A program made the translations under genes and the position numbers. From a virus, in the IMG/VR virus record IMGVR_UViG_3300045988_182866: a stretch of DNA of 64,000 nucleotides; one strand, written 5' to 3'. This document shows positions 53,544 through 63,727 of this stretch, piece after piece. Every line of letters starts with the position of its first letter. Position 1 is the first letter of the stretch. The notes under the pieces are model-generated. The model saw only the letters and a program-made list of their open reading frames with translations, was not told the origin of the DNA and did no database searches.

Positions 53544-55352
53544 ATGGCAGAGACCAAAAAGAGATTTAAAACTAATCTTGGTAAAGCATTGTCCAAGCTT
53601 AGCCAGAATTCAAGAGTTCTTGGTAACTTTATTGAACTCGATACGGCGGGAGCGAATCCAAAATATGAATTATTTTACAATACAGGAATCCGCCGCAGGG
53701 AAGGGTTAGCTAATAATGCAGTCTCTGTCACTTATGATAAGCCTGATGAAAAATTTGCCCAGGGAGTTTTCGGGCGTTATCCATACGGTTCAATTTATTA
53801 TTCGACGCTTAACGACAACAAAAGCGCAAGACTCTATGAGTACAGAATGATGGCGCAGTACTCAGAAATTTTAAATGCTTTGGAGCATATTACTAATGAG
53901 TTTATTACGGTTGATGACCGGGGACGTGTCGCTACAATGAGGTATTCCAAGCCTAATGCTGACGTAGTAGAGGAATCAACTCTTTTGGATGAATTTGATT
54001 ATTTTCAAAAACTTTTCAATTTTGAAGAAAAAGGGTCTTCTTATTGTTGGCGTTATCTTGTCGAGGGAGAAGTTTTTCTGGAACTTATTGTAAATGATGC
54101 AAAACCTGAAAATTTAAAGGAAGGAATTTTAGGAGTAATTGATATTTCGGCAGATCTTGTAGATACGATTTGGAAGTCAAAGGCTGCCCGAGTTATTGAT
54201 TCCTTCATAGGAAGAAAGCCGATTTATGACCCGAATGACGGCAATAAGATTCAAAAGATTGAATTAGTGCCTTATCAAGCTAATCAGCTTTTTTATGTTT
54301 ATTCCGGACAATGGGATGCTGACGGAGAATATATGGTTCCTTTTATTGAACGTGCAAGAAGGAGATATATCCAGCTTTCTTACATTGAAGATGCTATTGT
54401 AATTTATCGTTTGGTACGTGCTCCTGAACGATTAGTCTTTACAATTCCAACAGGAAACATGACTCCATCTGCTGCTGAGCGTTATCTTAAAACGCTCATG
54501 GATAATTATTGGAAATCCAAAGTTATGGATATTAATACTGGGGATATTAGCCAACGCTATAATCCTCAAGCCATGACTGATGCTTACTATTTTGCTAAGC
54601 CTATGAATGGTGAAGCAATTAGTGTTACATCGTTAAAGGGCGGGGATAATCTTGGGGAAATTAAAGACTTGGATTTCTTCTTAAAAGCTCTTTATCGAGA
54701 TTTAAAAGTTCCTTCTTCTTATCTTAATTTTTCCGAAAAAGCAGTTAATTCTGATCCTAGCCAGATCTTGGTAGAAGAATTGCGGTTTGCTGATTTTATT
54801 ACTGATATTCAACGTTCATTTGCTTATGCTTTAAAACAAGCCTTTATTACTCATCTTAAGTTTAAAGGTTTATGGCAACGTTATCATCTTCATGAAAATC
54901 ATATAGATATTAAGTTTAACCAGCCTGGTTCTTATTATCTCATGAGAGAGCTTCAAATTGCTCAAATGAGAAATGACATCTTTAATGCCGTTTCTTCTAA
55001 TGAAATTATTTCTAAGATTTATGCCCTTAAGAAATATTTTGACTGGTCGGATAAGGAAATTCTTGCTAATATTGCATTCCTTAAGACTGAGGCGGCTTTG
55101 CTTTGGGAAATTGAACAGCGTCGTCAATATGGCCCTACTTGGAAAAATATGATTACAGGTGAAGGTGGAGAACAACCCGGCGGAGGAATGGGTGGAGAAG
55201 GGTTACCTAGTGAAGGTATGAATCTTGGGGGAGGTTCTCCAGAAGGTGAAATGGGAGGTTCTGAAAATCCGCCCGAATTTGGAGGCGGACCAGCGGCGAC
55301 TAGTGAAATAGGAGCTCCAGAGGAAGGAGCCGGAGATATTCAACCCGTTTAA
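53544..55352 (+). CDS. Portal protein, T4 gp20-like, with a Gly-rich acidic C-terminal extension.
   Basis: IEDAIVIYRLVRAPERLVFTIPTGNMTPSAAERY aligns with the T4 gp20 segment [34 protein letters not shown]. Size is 602 aa. Confidence 0.75.
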   Translation: MAETKKRFKTNLGKALSKLSQNSRVLGNFIELDTAGANPKYELFYNTGIRRREGLANNAVSVTYDKPDEKFAQGVFGRYPYGSIYYSTLNDNKSARLYEYRMMAQYSEILNALEHITNEFITVDDRGRVATMRYSKPNADVVEESTLLDEFDYFQKLFNFEEKGSSYCWRYLVEGEVFLELIVNDAKPENLKEGILGVIDISADLVDTIWKSKAARVIDSFIGRKPIYDPNDGNKIQKIELVPYQANQLFYVYSGQWDADGEYMVPFIERARRRYIQLSYIEDAIVIYRLVRAPERLVFTIPTGNMTPSAAERYLKTLMDNYWKSKVMDINTGDISQRYNPQAMTDAYYFAKPMNGEAISVTSLKGGDNLGEIKDLDFFLKALYRDLKVPSSYLNFSEKAVNSDPSQILVEELRFADFITDIQRSFAYALKQAFITHLKFKGLWQRYHLHENHIDIKFNQPGSYYLMRELQIAQMRNDIFNAVSSNEIISKIYALKKYFDWSDKEILANIAFLKTEAALLWEIEQRRQYGPTWKNMITGEGGEQPGGGMGGEGLPSEGMNLGGGSPEGEMGGSENPPEFGGGPAATSEIGAPEEGAGDIQPV

Positions 55353-55362
55353 TGTAATTTAT

Positions 55363-55575
55363 ATGAAAACAAACTCACTTCCCCAACAATATAAATCCGA
55401 ACCATTAAAACACATAAAGGAAGACGATGATTCGATTTATAAATTTTATCAACAATCATATCTTTTGAAAGATCCACAGTTTGTAGAAGCTATAAAAAAG
55501 AGTCCAGAATATTTAGATCTTGTTGAGTCAGTAGAAAATTTTTTGACTGAATTAAGAAATCACAATCACAAATAA
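55363..55575 (+). CDS. Hypothetical small protein (70 aa).
   Basis: ORF track. Confidence 0.3.
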   Translation: MKTNSLPQQYKSEPLKHIKEDDDSIYKFYQQSYLLKDPQFVEAIKKSPEYLDLVESVENFLTELRNHNHK

Positions 55576-55883
55576 GTATTTTTAATAGCTTTCCCCAAAT
55601 CACTATTTTCCTCAATTCTTAACATTTGTATATCTTTTACTGACTCACTAAACCAAGTCAATTGTTTTGCTAATTTTTGAACTGCCAAAACGCATGATAC
55701 TGCATTTATCTTATCTTTATCTCCAAAATATACTGATTCCTGTTGCCTTTTAAAACCTTCTTTTACTAATACTTTTTCAATATCTTTATAAGCATTATTC
55801 CATGAAGTATTATAATACAAAGCTTTCAATTTATCTGTATCTAAATCAAACACAATCGCATACATACGTTCATTATTAGACAT
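55566..55883 (-). CDS. Hypothetical protein (105 aa).
   Basis: ORF track. Confidence 0.4.
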   Translation of the reverse strand: MSNNERMYAIVFDLDTDKLKALYYNTSWNNAYKDIEKVLVKEGFKRQQESVYFGDKDKINAVSCVLAVQKLAKQLTWFSESVKDIQMLRIEENSDLGKAIKNTYL

Positions 55884-55951
55884 GCAATTATTTATAATAT
55901 ATTGTCTATTAATTTGTTATTGTAAATGAAACGTCAAGCTTGTGTAAAGTT

Positions 55952-56767
55952 TCACTCAATATCATACTGAATTCCACCATTGTTTAAAGCATTTTGAAGG
56001 TCATTTTCTACACTACAGTTATTAAATTTAACATAACTTAAACGGTTGGCTTTCTGAGTAAGAAAATCTGTGTTAGAAGTATTCAATACGGTATGATCTC
56101 CATTAATAATCAAAGTCTGGATAACATTATTGGAAAGATTAATATTTTGAATTTGCGAATTTAAATTTATTTCAAAGGTTCCTGTGATTAATGAATCTCT
56201 TATATCAAGATAAGTAAATCTCATTTCTGGGGCTAAATTCAAATAACAAAGATTTGTTTCATAGACAGTTAATTCTGGACAAGAAGGAAGATTCAATTCT
56301 AAAGAAGTAATATTTTGATTTCTGGAAGTAAAACTCTTGATTAAATCTTTATTCTGAATAATCATACCGCTTGAATCAAGGGCAACAGGAGAAAATATTA
56401 AAGAATTAATTGCCTGATTTCCTTCATAAATTGTAAATTGTGCATTAATATCTTCTTCGGTTGAATTAATGTCAAGGTATCTAAAAACTTTATTATTTGT
56501 TTCTACATAAAGCTTTCTTGTTTCTGTTTCGGCAACTTGGTTAATATGATAACCAAAAGATACTGTATTAATATCTGGTAATAAAGTTAAAGCAATACAG
56601 TCGGGAGATAATGTATTTTTATATTGAACAAACCTGGCTGTTTGGTTAAGATCCGATAATTCTCCATTATCTGATAATCCAGGTAAAAAAACTTGATTAT
56701 CATTAGGAAGTAAATTTTCTAATGATGATGAAGTAATTTGGGAAAGTTTAATATAGCTATCGGACAT
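55952..56767 (-). CDS. Hypothetical protein with a leucine-rich-repeat-like C-terminal half (271 aa).
   Basis: Repeated segments such as LxLxxNxI/L (NLNSQIQNINLSNNVIQTLIINGD) occur. It is co-oriented with two downstream genes. Confidence 0.45.
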   Translation of the reverse strand: MSDSYIKLSQITSSSLENLLPNDNQVFLPGLSDNGELSDLNQTARFVQYKNTLSPDCIALTLLPDINTVSFGYHINQVAETETRKLYVETNNKVFRYLDINSTEEDINAQFTIYEGNQAINSLIFSPVALDSSGMIIQNKDLIKSFTSRNQNITSLELNLPSCPELTVYETNLCYLNLAPEMRFTYLDIRDSLITGTFEINLNSQIQNINLSNNVIQTLIINGDHTVLNTSNTDFLTQKANRLSYVKFNNCSVENDLQNALNNGGIQYDIE

Positions 56768-57521
56768 TGATCGGAATAATATTTTTATCTGCTGCTATTT
56801 GAAGTTCGTTTTCTGTGAACTGTTCATTAAGGTAATTCACCATATAAAATGGAGTAGGGACATTATAAGGACTTAATGAAGAAATAAACGGAGTAATATT
56901 ACTCATATTATTACTCATAATTCTTCCATGGGTAAAATTACTTAAAATATAATATTTTTTATGAAGTTTAGAATATCCTAGAATAATTTTAATAGAATTG
57001 CCTTCATCTACATTTAAAGTATTAAAATTATGAAGATTTCTAATATCTAAAATATCAGTATCAATCGTATTTGGTCCATTAAAATAAATTGTTCTTATTG
57101 TCGGGCAAGCTGAAAGGTCTAATTTACCAACCGTTCCGGTATAAATGAATAATGAAACGGGAGAGCCTTCTTTACATGTAATATAGCAGCTTTTATCAAA
57201 AGCTAAATCAAAATTTACCGGAATAGTCCCGGTAATGGGACTATATGATGTACTTACTTCAGAATAAGGATATTGTATTATTGTTGTCTTAGTACCTCCA
57301 GCCGAATCATCATAGCAACTTATTGTTCCGTTAGATGTCCATTTACTCCAAATAAAACGTCCTTTGGGAAAGACCATAGTAGTTGGCTTAAGCATATCAC
57401 CTAATTCTTCTATTAAGAGAGAAGCTTTAATAGAAGATTCATCTTGTAAAATCAATATTGGACTTTTCAATCCAAGAGATTTACATTTCTCTAAATCACT
57501 AAATTGTACAATATTAGACAT
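56757..57521 (-). CDS. Hypothetical protein (254 aa).
   Basis: ORF track. It overlaps its neighbours by a few nucleotides, consistent with an operon. Confidence 0.45.
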   Translation of the reverse strand: MSNIVQFSDLEKCKSLGLKSPILILQDESSIKASLLIEELGDMLKPTTMVFPKGRFIWSKWTSNGTISCYDDSAGGTKTTIIQYPYSEVSTSYSPITGTIPVNFDLAFDKSCYITCKEGSPVSLFIYTGTVGKLDLSACPTIRTIYFNGPNTIDTDILDIRNLHNFNTLNVDEGNSIKIILGYSKLHKKYYILSNFTHGRIMSNNMSNITPFISSLSPYNVPTPFYMVNYLNEQFTENELQIAADKNIIPINVR

Positions 57522-59377
57522 TATAGATAGAAAAGCCAGTTATAAGTTTTAAGAGTATCTAAAGTTTTGGCAATGGCTTTAGAAGAACCCTGAATACCGC
57601 CTGAAGTATATTTTTTACCGTACATGTATATAATTCCAGCTTCTTTCCCGAATCTATTCGGAAGAAGATTAAGAAATTTTTCCAAATTTGCCTTATTTGT
57701 TAAAAGATTGGTTTCTGAAATATTAATATACTGCAAGTCATTTTGAACATTAATAACTCCTTCTCCAAATGTATCGGGATTTTTTAACTTAATTCCAGTA
57801 ATATCAAGGCTTGTTAATGTCAGCTGGTCAAAAACTAATTCCAGATCAACTTTAGAAGTATTAAGGTCAGATAAATCAATTCTACTAATTTTGGTATTTG
57901 AGATATTAAGATATTCTAATTTAGAATCAGTGCCTTTGGGAAGAATTAATCTAGTGAGCTGGGAACAATTAGAAACATTAATACTAGTAAGATTGGAATT
58001 TGCTGATAAATCCAATTCTTGAATAGGATTGTCACTTAAATCTAATATTTGAAGATTGGAACAACTTTTTAAGTTAATTCGAGCTATTTTTTTACCTGGA
58101 TTTTCAAAAGAAGTGATACTGCCTTTATCTCCGGAAATTTTTAATGTTTTATTTTTCTTTTGGAAATAGTCAAAATTAAAAGTTTCATCTGCCGGAAACC
58201 ATTCTTTGTCAAAAGTAATTTTTCCAGAACTTAAATCAATTTGATTTTGTCGATTATTAAAGAACCAATCAATATTAACATTTCCTGTTCCTCCAATATT
58301 ATAAGAATAATTATCAAAACAATAATTAACTAAATCAACAGAAGACTGGAAAATAACTCCGTTCAGAGTATACCTATACTCTGAACGGATGAATGCTTTA
58401 AAATTAAAATCCCTAACAACAATAGTCCCTACACCTGGCGTTGAGTAACATCCCCATTCCGGAGCATTTTTATATGTAGCAGCATCGGTAGAAGCTATAA
58501 AATTTTCACGAATAATATTCCAATCTCCGGTTGTTTCATCTAAGATATATAATCTGCCGATGATGCCATCATCGGCAGAAGGAGCATATTCAAATTTGAA
58601 TTTTTTAAAAGATAATCCATCCCAGCCTTCTACAGGAGCACAATTAGCTAAAGGCTCGCTAACTGAATTACCTATATAAACCATCCAGGTATCTGTAGCT
58701 GAATCATAGATATTTCTAAAATTCACAACAAATCTAAATTGAAGATTTGGTTTATTATTATCATAAGCTCCAAATGAAATGAAAGAGTGCTGGTTAGGTC
58801 TATTTTTAAAGAAGTTCCTATCAATGACATTGATAGGAGTAAAATTATATGGCGAAGGCCTCTGAATCTTCATTGGAGGAAGAGCTACAGTAAATGTAGA
58901 TTCTCCAATGCCTGTACTTTTAATTTGTTCTTGTTGCTCATTGGTTAATTGTTTGTAATAATAAGCAATTGTGCCTGTTGACGTATCATTAATCCAAACA
59001 CCTTCTTCATTTAAAAGAGGGGCAGTTTGTTCATCTGGCGTACCAATATTACAATTTGCATAAAGTGAACCATACCTTGACCATTTTCCATTTTCTTCTA
59101 GCATGGGGTCAGGATTTTCCGGATTCCATGTATAATTCCCAAATGTATAAAATCCGCCTGGAATTAATTCCAGTCTTTGAATATCATCCAATTCAAAGGA
59201 AAGAAAATCTTGCTGATTATCTAGAGTATGAGTAAAACCTTTACATGCGTCAACTAATGTATTAAAATCAGCCCTTTTGCTAATAAAATTATCATTAATT
59301 AAAACATTGTTGCTCATAAAAGGTCGATAGTATTTAAATGGAAAAAGAGAACTGAGAATTAAGATTTTAAATATCAA
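57521..59377 (-). CDS. Leucine-rich-repeat (LRR) domain protein (618 aa).
   Basis: The C-terminal third contains consecutive LRR units: LKSCSNLQILDLSDNPIQELDLSANSNLTSINVSNCSQLTRLILP...LEYLNISNTKISRIDLSDL. Confidence 0.55.
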   Translation of the reverse strand: MIFKILILSSLFPFKYYRPFMSNNVLINDNFISKRADFNTLVDACKGFTHTLDNQQDFLSFELDDIQRLELIPGGFYTFGNYTWNPENPDPMLEENGKWSRYGSLYANCNIGTPDEQTAPLLNEEGVWINDTSTGTIAYYYKQLTNEQQEQIKSTGIGESTFTVALPPMKIQRPSPYNFTPINVIDRNFFKNRPNQHSFISFGAYDNNKPNLQFRFVVNFRNIYDSATDTWMVYIGNSVSEPLANCAPVEGWDGLSFKKFKFEYAPSADDGIIGRLYILDETTGDWNIIRENFIASTDAATYKNAPEWGCYSTPGVGTIVVRDFNFKAFIRSEYRYTLNGVIFQSSVDLVNYCFDNYSYNIGGTGNVNIDWFFNNRQNQIDLSSGKITFDKEWFPADETFNFDYFQKKNKTLKISGDKGSITSFENPGKKIARINLKSCSNLQILDLSDNPIQELDLSANSNLTSINVSNCSQLTRLILPKGTDSKLEYLNISNTKISRIDLSDLNTSKVDLELVFDQLTLTSLDITGIKLKNPDTFGEGVINVQNDLQYINISETNLLTNKANLEKFLNLLPNRFGKEAGIIYMYGKKYTSGGIQGSSKAIAKTLDTLKTYNWLFYL

Positions 59378-59379
59378 AA

Positions 59380-60522
59380 ATGAGTAATCAAGATGTCTGT
59401 GAAATTAAGCCCGTAAAGGCATTTTTATCTACAAATCTGAATAATAAAACCAAAACATTTAAAGATTTGGCTGATCGAATTATGCGGAGTCTTGGTTATC
59501 CTATTGTCAGCGTAGAGCTGCACCGCGATATGGTTTTTGAATTTATTTCAATTGCTATTGAATTCTTTTCCAAATATGTCCAGGACCGGGAAATTCTTTT
59601 ATTTGATTCTAGAATTTACGAAAAAGGAAAAGGAATTAATATCGGCAAACTTTGTACAATCGCTTCCAAAGCAGCAGCTCAAGAAGGACATGTAAGGCCT
59701 GAAAATCTTTTTAATAAGACATATGATAAAACTATTGAACGGTTAGAACGTGTTTATATTGCCCTGCGGGATATACCGGCTGAAGAGCTACCTTCAACAT
59801 GGGACAGGCCTGTTAAGAATTGCGAAGTGATTACTGCTGAGCAATATGATGAAATTACTACATATAATTCTTCATTATGTGGATTCTTCAAGATTAGTAA
59901 AAAACAAGATTTTACCATTGAAGGAGAAAAAGTAGATAATGTCCCAACTGAATTTGCCAATGCCTTTGACTATGACTTGATGGATTACAGGCGGTGTGCT
60001 CAAGTAATCAGTTATGATGAAAGTTCTAATAGAAGTCCTTATTCATTATTTTCTATTCAAAGTGTTCTTTCAGCGCAAGCTTTTTATAGTTACCAGTTTT
60101 CAAACCGTGGATTCGACCTTCTTAGTTTTCACTGTCTTCAAGAATTTTTGAAAACGCGCCGAAGAGTTCTCGCTTTAGATCGTTCTTTTTACTTTAATCC
60201 TGAAACGCAGTATTTTACAATTCTTCCTGAACCTCGATATACCGATTCATTTTATGCGGTTCTTCAAGTTTATCTGGAAAAACCGCTTAGAGAGATCTTG
60301 CGTGAAATGTGGGTATACAAATATTCTCTTGCTCAAGCTAAAGTAGCATTGGGATCAATTAGAGGAAAATTTGGTTCTGTTGCTCTTACTGGAGGAGGTC
60401 AATTAACAGATGGTCTTGGATTACGGGCAGAAGGCCAAAGAGAAATTGAAGAACTTGAAAAAGAACTTATTGACCGAAATGCTTTTGGAGTAAAAGAAAA
60501 TCCGTTGTTCTTTGTTGGATAA
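59380..60522 (+). CDS. Hypothetical protein (380 aa).
   Basis: ORF track. Composition is complex. Confidence 0.5.
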   Translation: MSNQDVCEIKPVKAFLSTNLNNKTKTFKDLADRIMRSLGYPIVSVELHRDMVFEFISIAIEFFSKYVQDREILLFDSRIYEKGKGINIGKLCTIASKAAAQEGHVRPENLFNKTYDKTIERLERVYIALRDIPAEELPSTWDRPVKNCEVITAEQYDEITTYNSSLCGFFKISKKQDFTIEGEKVDNVPTEFANAFDYDLMDYRRCAQVISYDESSNRSPYSLFSIQSVLSAQAFYSYQFSNRGFDLLSFHCLQEFLKTRRRVLALDRSFYFNPETQYFTILPEPRYTDSFYAVLQVYLEKPLREILREMWVYKYSLAQAKVALGSIRGKFGSVALTGGGQLTDGLGLRAEGQREIEELEKELIDRNAFGVKENPLFFVG

Positions 60523-60587
60523 AGACATTTATTTTCGTTAAATTCATTCAATTAATACCTTAAAGAATTCAGATATATTTTATTCTT

Positions 60588-61517
60588 TTGTCTATGATAA
60601 AAAGACAAAGAAGATTTTTAAACACTGAAATTTTTATAGAATTAGCAAAACAAATTCATGGAAGCAAATATGATTATTCAAAAGTCAGCTATAAAAATGC
60701 TAATACAAATGTTTTAATAATTTGTCCTATTCATGGTTTGTTCAGTCAAAATCCAAGATCTCACCTAAAAGGGTTTGGATGTGCAAAATGTTCAAATCGA
60801 ACAGCTAAGACTACTGAAGATTTTATCAAAGAATCAAAGCAGGTTCATGGAGACAAATATGATTATTCAGAAACAGTTTACGTCAATAATCACACAAATG
60901 TAAAAATCTTTTGCAAAAAAGATAAAATATTCTTTATACAAAATCCTAGAGTTCATCTTCAAGGAACGGGATGTCCCAAGTGTGCAAGAAATCAAAAGTT
61001 GACAACTAAGGGATTTATAGAAAGAGCTATAGCTATTCATGGTAACAAATATGATTATTCTTCAGTAGTTTATCAATCACATGCCAAAAAGATTATTATA
61101 ATTTGTCCTATCCATGGGCCTTTCGAGCAAAGAGCAAATGGTCATTTGAACGGCAAAGGCTGTTATAAATGTGCAAAGAGTTATAAGCGTTCAAGGGGAG
61201 AGATTGAACTTTGTAAATTTATTAAATCAATTTATTCCGGTCAAGTTTTGGAGAATGACAGAACAGTTATTAAGCCAAAAGAACTAGACATTTATCTTCC
61301 TGAATTAAAGTTGGCTCTTGAATATAATGGCGAATATTGGCATGATGAAACTAAGAAACGAAAACCGGGTTATCATAAAGAAAAGCAAAAAGCTTGTGAA
61401 AAGAAAGGCATTAAATTAATTGAGGTTTGGGATTCAGAATGGCATGCAGATAAAGATAGATTTAAAAATCTTATTCAAGAAGTAATAAATTCTATTCAAT
61501 CACCTTTAAAAATTTAG
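60588..61517 (+). CDS. Intact homing-endonuclease-like protein with three tandem zinc-ribbon modules plus a DUF559/Vsr-like PD-(D/E)XK endonuclease domain.
   Basis: Three modules are present: HGSKYDYSKVSY...IICPIHGLF..HLKGFGCAKC, HGDKYDYSETVY...HLQGTGCPKC and HGNKYDYSSVVY...IICPIHGPF..HLNGKGCYKC. The C-terminus carries ELDIYLPELKLALEYNGEYWH...IEVWDSEW. Confidence 0.7.
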   Translation: MSMIKRQRRFLNTEIFIELAKQIHGSKYDYSKVSYKNANTNVLIICPIHGLFSQNPRSHLKGFGCAKCSNRTAKTTEDFIKESKQVHGDKYDYSETVYVNNHTNVKIFCKKDKIFFIQNPRVHLQGTGCPKCARNQKLTTKGFIERAIAIHGNKYDYSSVVYQSHAKKIIIICPIHGPFEQRANGHLNGKGCYKCAKSYKRSRGEIELCKFIKSIYSGQVLENDRTVIKPKELDIYLPELKLALEYNGEYWHDETKKRKPGYHKEKQKACEKKGIKLIEVWDSEWHADKDRFKNLIQEVINSIQSPLKI

Positions 61518-61577
61518 ATTTTTTATAAAATATAAAATGTAATTACGTTGCCGTAATTCATTTTATTATTTGTGGTT

Positions 61578-61616
61578 AAAAATCCGAAGAACTTTAATTA
61601 GTTCTTCGGATTTTTT
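61578..61616 (+). terminator. Rho-independent terminator after the homing-endonuclease-like gene.
   Basis: The stem AAATCCGAAGAAC/GTTCTTCGGATTT is followed by TTTTTT. Confidence 0.65.
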
Positions 61617-61668
61617 GTTTTTACATTAATCACCTTCGATTTTAAAGAAAAGAGTATAATAGTAATAA

Positions 61669-62205
61669 ATGGGATTGTTTAAATCAAATATTCAAAAAAC
61701 AATAAAGAAATTAAAAGAGGATCAATTAAACAAAATTGAACCCCTGAAATTATCTTTTAATGTTCTTATTCAGCGGTTGAATAACGAACGAAGAAAATTA
61801 AAAGATTTAGAAGAGCTTATTAAACTTCAAGAATCTTCTAAAGATATTGCTCAAAGGAGAGGAAAAGATATTTTAGTAGAAGAGTATGAAAAGCAAATTG
61901 AAAATACTCTTGAAAAATGTAATAAACAAGAAGCATTAATTGTTCAACTTCAACCTGTAATTAATAATTGTAAAAAAATTATTGAGGCCTTGGAAGAGAA
62001 CTTTCAAGCTAAGTTATTTGATTTAGAAGTCCTGGCTAATATGCAGTATGCTTCAGATTTAACAGATGGAATCTCCTCAATTGGAGGAAGTAAGCATTCA
62101 TCTAAAAATAATAAGATTTTAGTAAACAAAATTAAAAGAAAACTTGAGGCTGAATCTGAACGATTGATTGCCAAGTTTGATGTGGAACAAGATATAAACC
62201 TTTGA
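61669..62205 (+). CDS. Hypothetical coiled-coil protein (178 aa).
   Basis: ORF track. The product has a heptad-like charged composition. Confidence 0.45.
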   Translation: MGLFKSNIQKTIKKLKEDQLNKIEPLKLSFNVLIQRLNNERRKLKDLEELIKLQESSKDIAQRRGKDILVEEYEKQIENTLEKCNKQEALIVQLQPVINNCKKIIEALEENFQAKLFDLEVLANMQYASDLTDGISSIGGSKHSSKNNKILVNKIKRKLEAESERLIAKFDVEQDINL

Positions 62206-62206
62206 T

Positions 62207-62995
62207 ATGAGAATTGCTTTTTTAGCCAGTTTAGCTATTTTTATAGTTTTGTATATCTATATTGTTTATATTCATGAAAACCTTAAAGATAAAAAAGAAA
62301 ATAAAGAATTCCTTAAGAAAAGAAATAAACTTTCTTACTGGATTAGAAATTGCCCAACATTTCTAAATCCTGAAAACTTTTTAGGAATGTTTAATAATAT
62401 TGATACTAATACCCTTAATCTTCAATATTTTCCTGAAGCAATTGGCCGATATAATTTTATTGACGAATATAAATTTACATTCAAGGAAATGAAAAATCTT
62501 ATCAATGATTTTATTCCTTGTTTAATTTATGAAAATATTAAAGGAGATGAAATTATAGTCATTCCTAATACTGACCCTAATGCTAATCCGGTTATTTTAT
62601 TTGATATTGTTCCCCGGACAAAATTTGAAGATTTAAACGATATTGGGTTTCTTCCTGAAACTTTTAGCAACTCTAAAACTTATACTATTAAAACTGACCA
62701 TGAAATAGACGCTATGGATTTTAGAGTTTTTGCAGAAAAGAGTTTTCAAACTTATAAAATAGGAGCTGCTTCTATCTTGGTTGATAGAGATAAACTTCAA
62801 GAAAAAGGTTTTAATGGTTATGGTGTAATTATTCTTTATCTTTCTGATAAAATGGCAAAAGAATGTATTGATAATGCTGAAAGGAATTGTTTAGGTTCTT
62901 GTATAGATAGACTTTACCGGGAAGGACGATTTAAGGGAATTGTAGCAACTTATGCAACATTTAATCCTAAAGAATATCACATAAATGAATATTGA
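62207..62995 (+). CDS. Hypothetical protein with an N-terminal transmembrane helix (262 aa).
   Basis: The N-terminus is hydrophobic (IAFLASLAIFIVLYIYIVYI). The ORF is tightly coupled to its neighbours. Confidence 0.45.
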   Translation: MRIAFLASLAIFIVLYIYIVYIHENLKDKKENKEFLKKRNKLSYWIRNCPTFLNPENFLGMFNNIDTNTLNLQYFPEAIGRYNFIDEYKFTFKEMKNLINDFIPCLIYENIKGDEIIVIPNTDPNANPVILFDIVPRTKFEDLNDIGFLPETFSNSKTYTIKTDHEIDAMDFRVFAEKSFQTYKIGAASILVDRDKLQEKGFNGYGVIILYLSDKMAKECIDNAERNCLGSCIDRLYREGRFKGIVATYATFNPKEYHINEY

Positions 62996-63707
62996 ACACA
63001 CAATAAATGGTAATGTTTATCTTTGTGGAGATCTTCATAAAGATATAAATGGCATTTTTCAAAAAATTAAAGAACTTAATATTAGAGATTCCTATATTAT
63101 TATTCTAGGTGATTGCGAAATAGGATTTTATAAAGAAAAGCCGGCTAAATTTTATAATTATTTCTCTAAACAGCTTAAATTAAGAAATAATACCGTTTAT
63201 CTTATCCGAGGAAATCACGATAATCCGGAATATTGGCTAAATCCTATAAGATCTGAGGTAGAGGAAAAATGGCCAAATATTATTCATCTTAGAGATAATA
63301 GCCTTGTTTCTATTAACGATAAAATTTATTTTATTTGGGGCGGCGCCGTATCAATTGACCGGGCTATTTTGAAAGAAGGTAGTACTTGGTTTAGATCAGA
63401 AAGAACAACGCTTAATATTGCAAAACTTTTATTGTTTAAGGATATTAAAATTTTTGGAGTATTGGCACATACTGGTCCACGTCCAGATACTTTAGATGAT
63501 AAACAATTTAAAAGACGTTGTAAATTTGACAAAAGGTTAATTGATGATATTATGGAAGAACAATCAAATATTTGTCAAATTATTAATATGTTAAATCCCG
63601 AAGTCTGGTTTAACGGACATTATCATACTTCTTTTGAGAAGACCACAACCAATGGGACTAAAGTAACATGTCTTGATATTTTGGAAATAAGAAAACTTAT
63701 TGCTTAA
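62985..63707 (+). CDS. Calcineurin-like metallophosphoesterase (Ser/Thr-phosphatase-like).
   Basis: Motifs GDLHKD, ILGDCE and RGNHDNPE match GDxHG, GDxVDRG and GNHE. Confidence 0.7.
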   Translation: MNIEHTINGNVYLCGDLHKDINGIFQKIKELNIRDSYIIILGDCEIGFYKEKPAKFYNYFSKQLKLRNNTVYLIRGNHDNPEYWLNPIRSEVEEKWPNIIHLRDNSLVSINDKIYFIWGGAVSIDRAILKEGSTWFRSERTTLNIAKLLLFKDIKIFGVLAHTGPRPDTLDDKQFKRRCKFDKRLIDDIMEEQSNICQIINMLNPEVWFNGHYHTSFEKTTTNGTKVTCLDILEIRKLIA

Positions 63708-63727
63708 TTGTCATTAACTAATGACAT

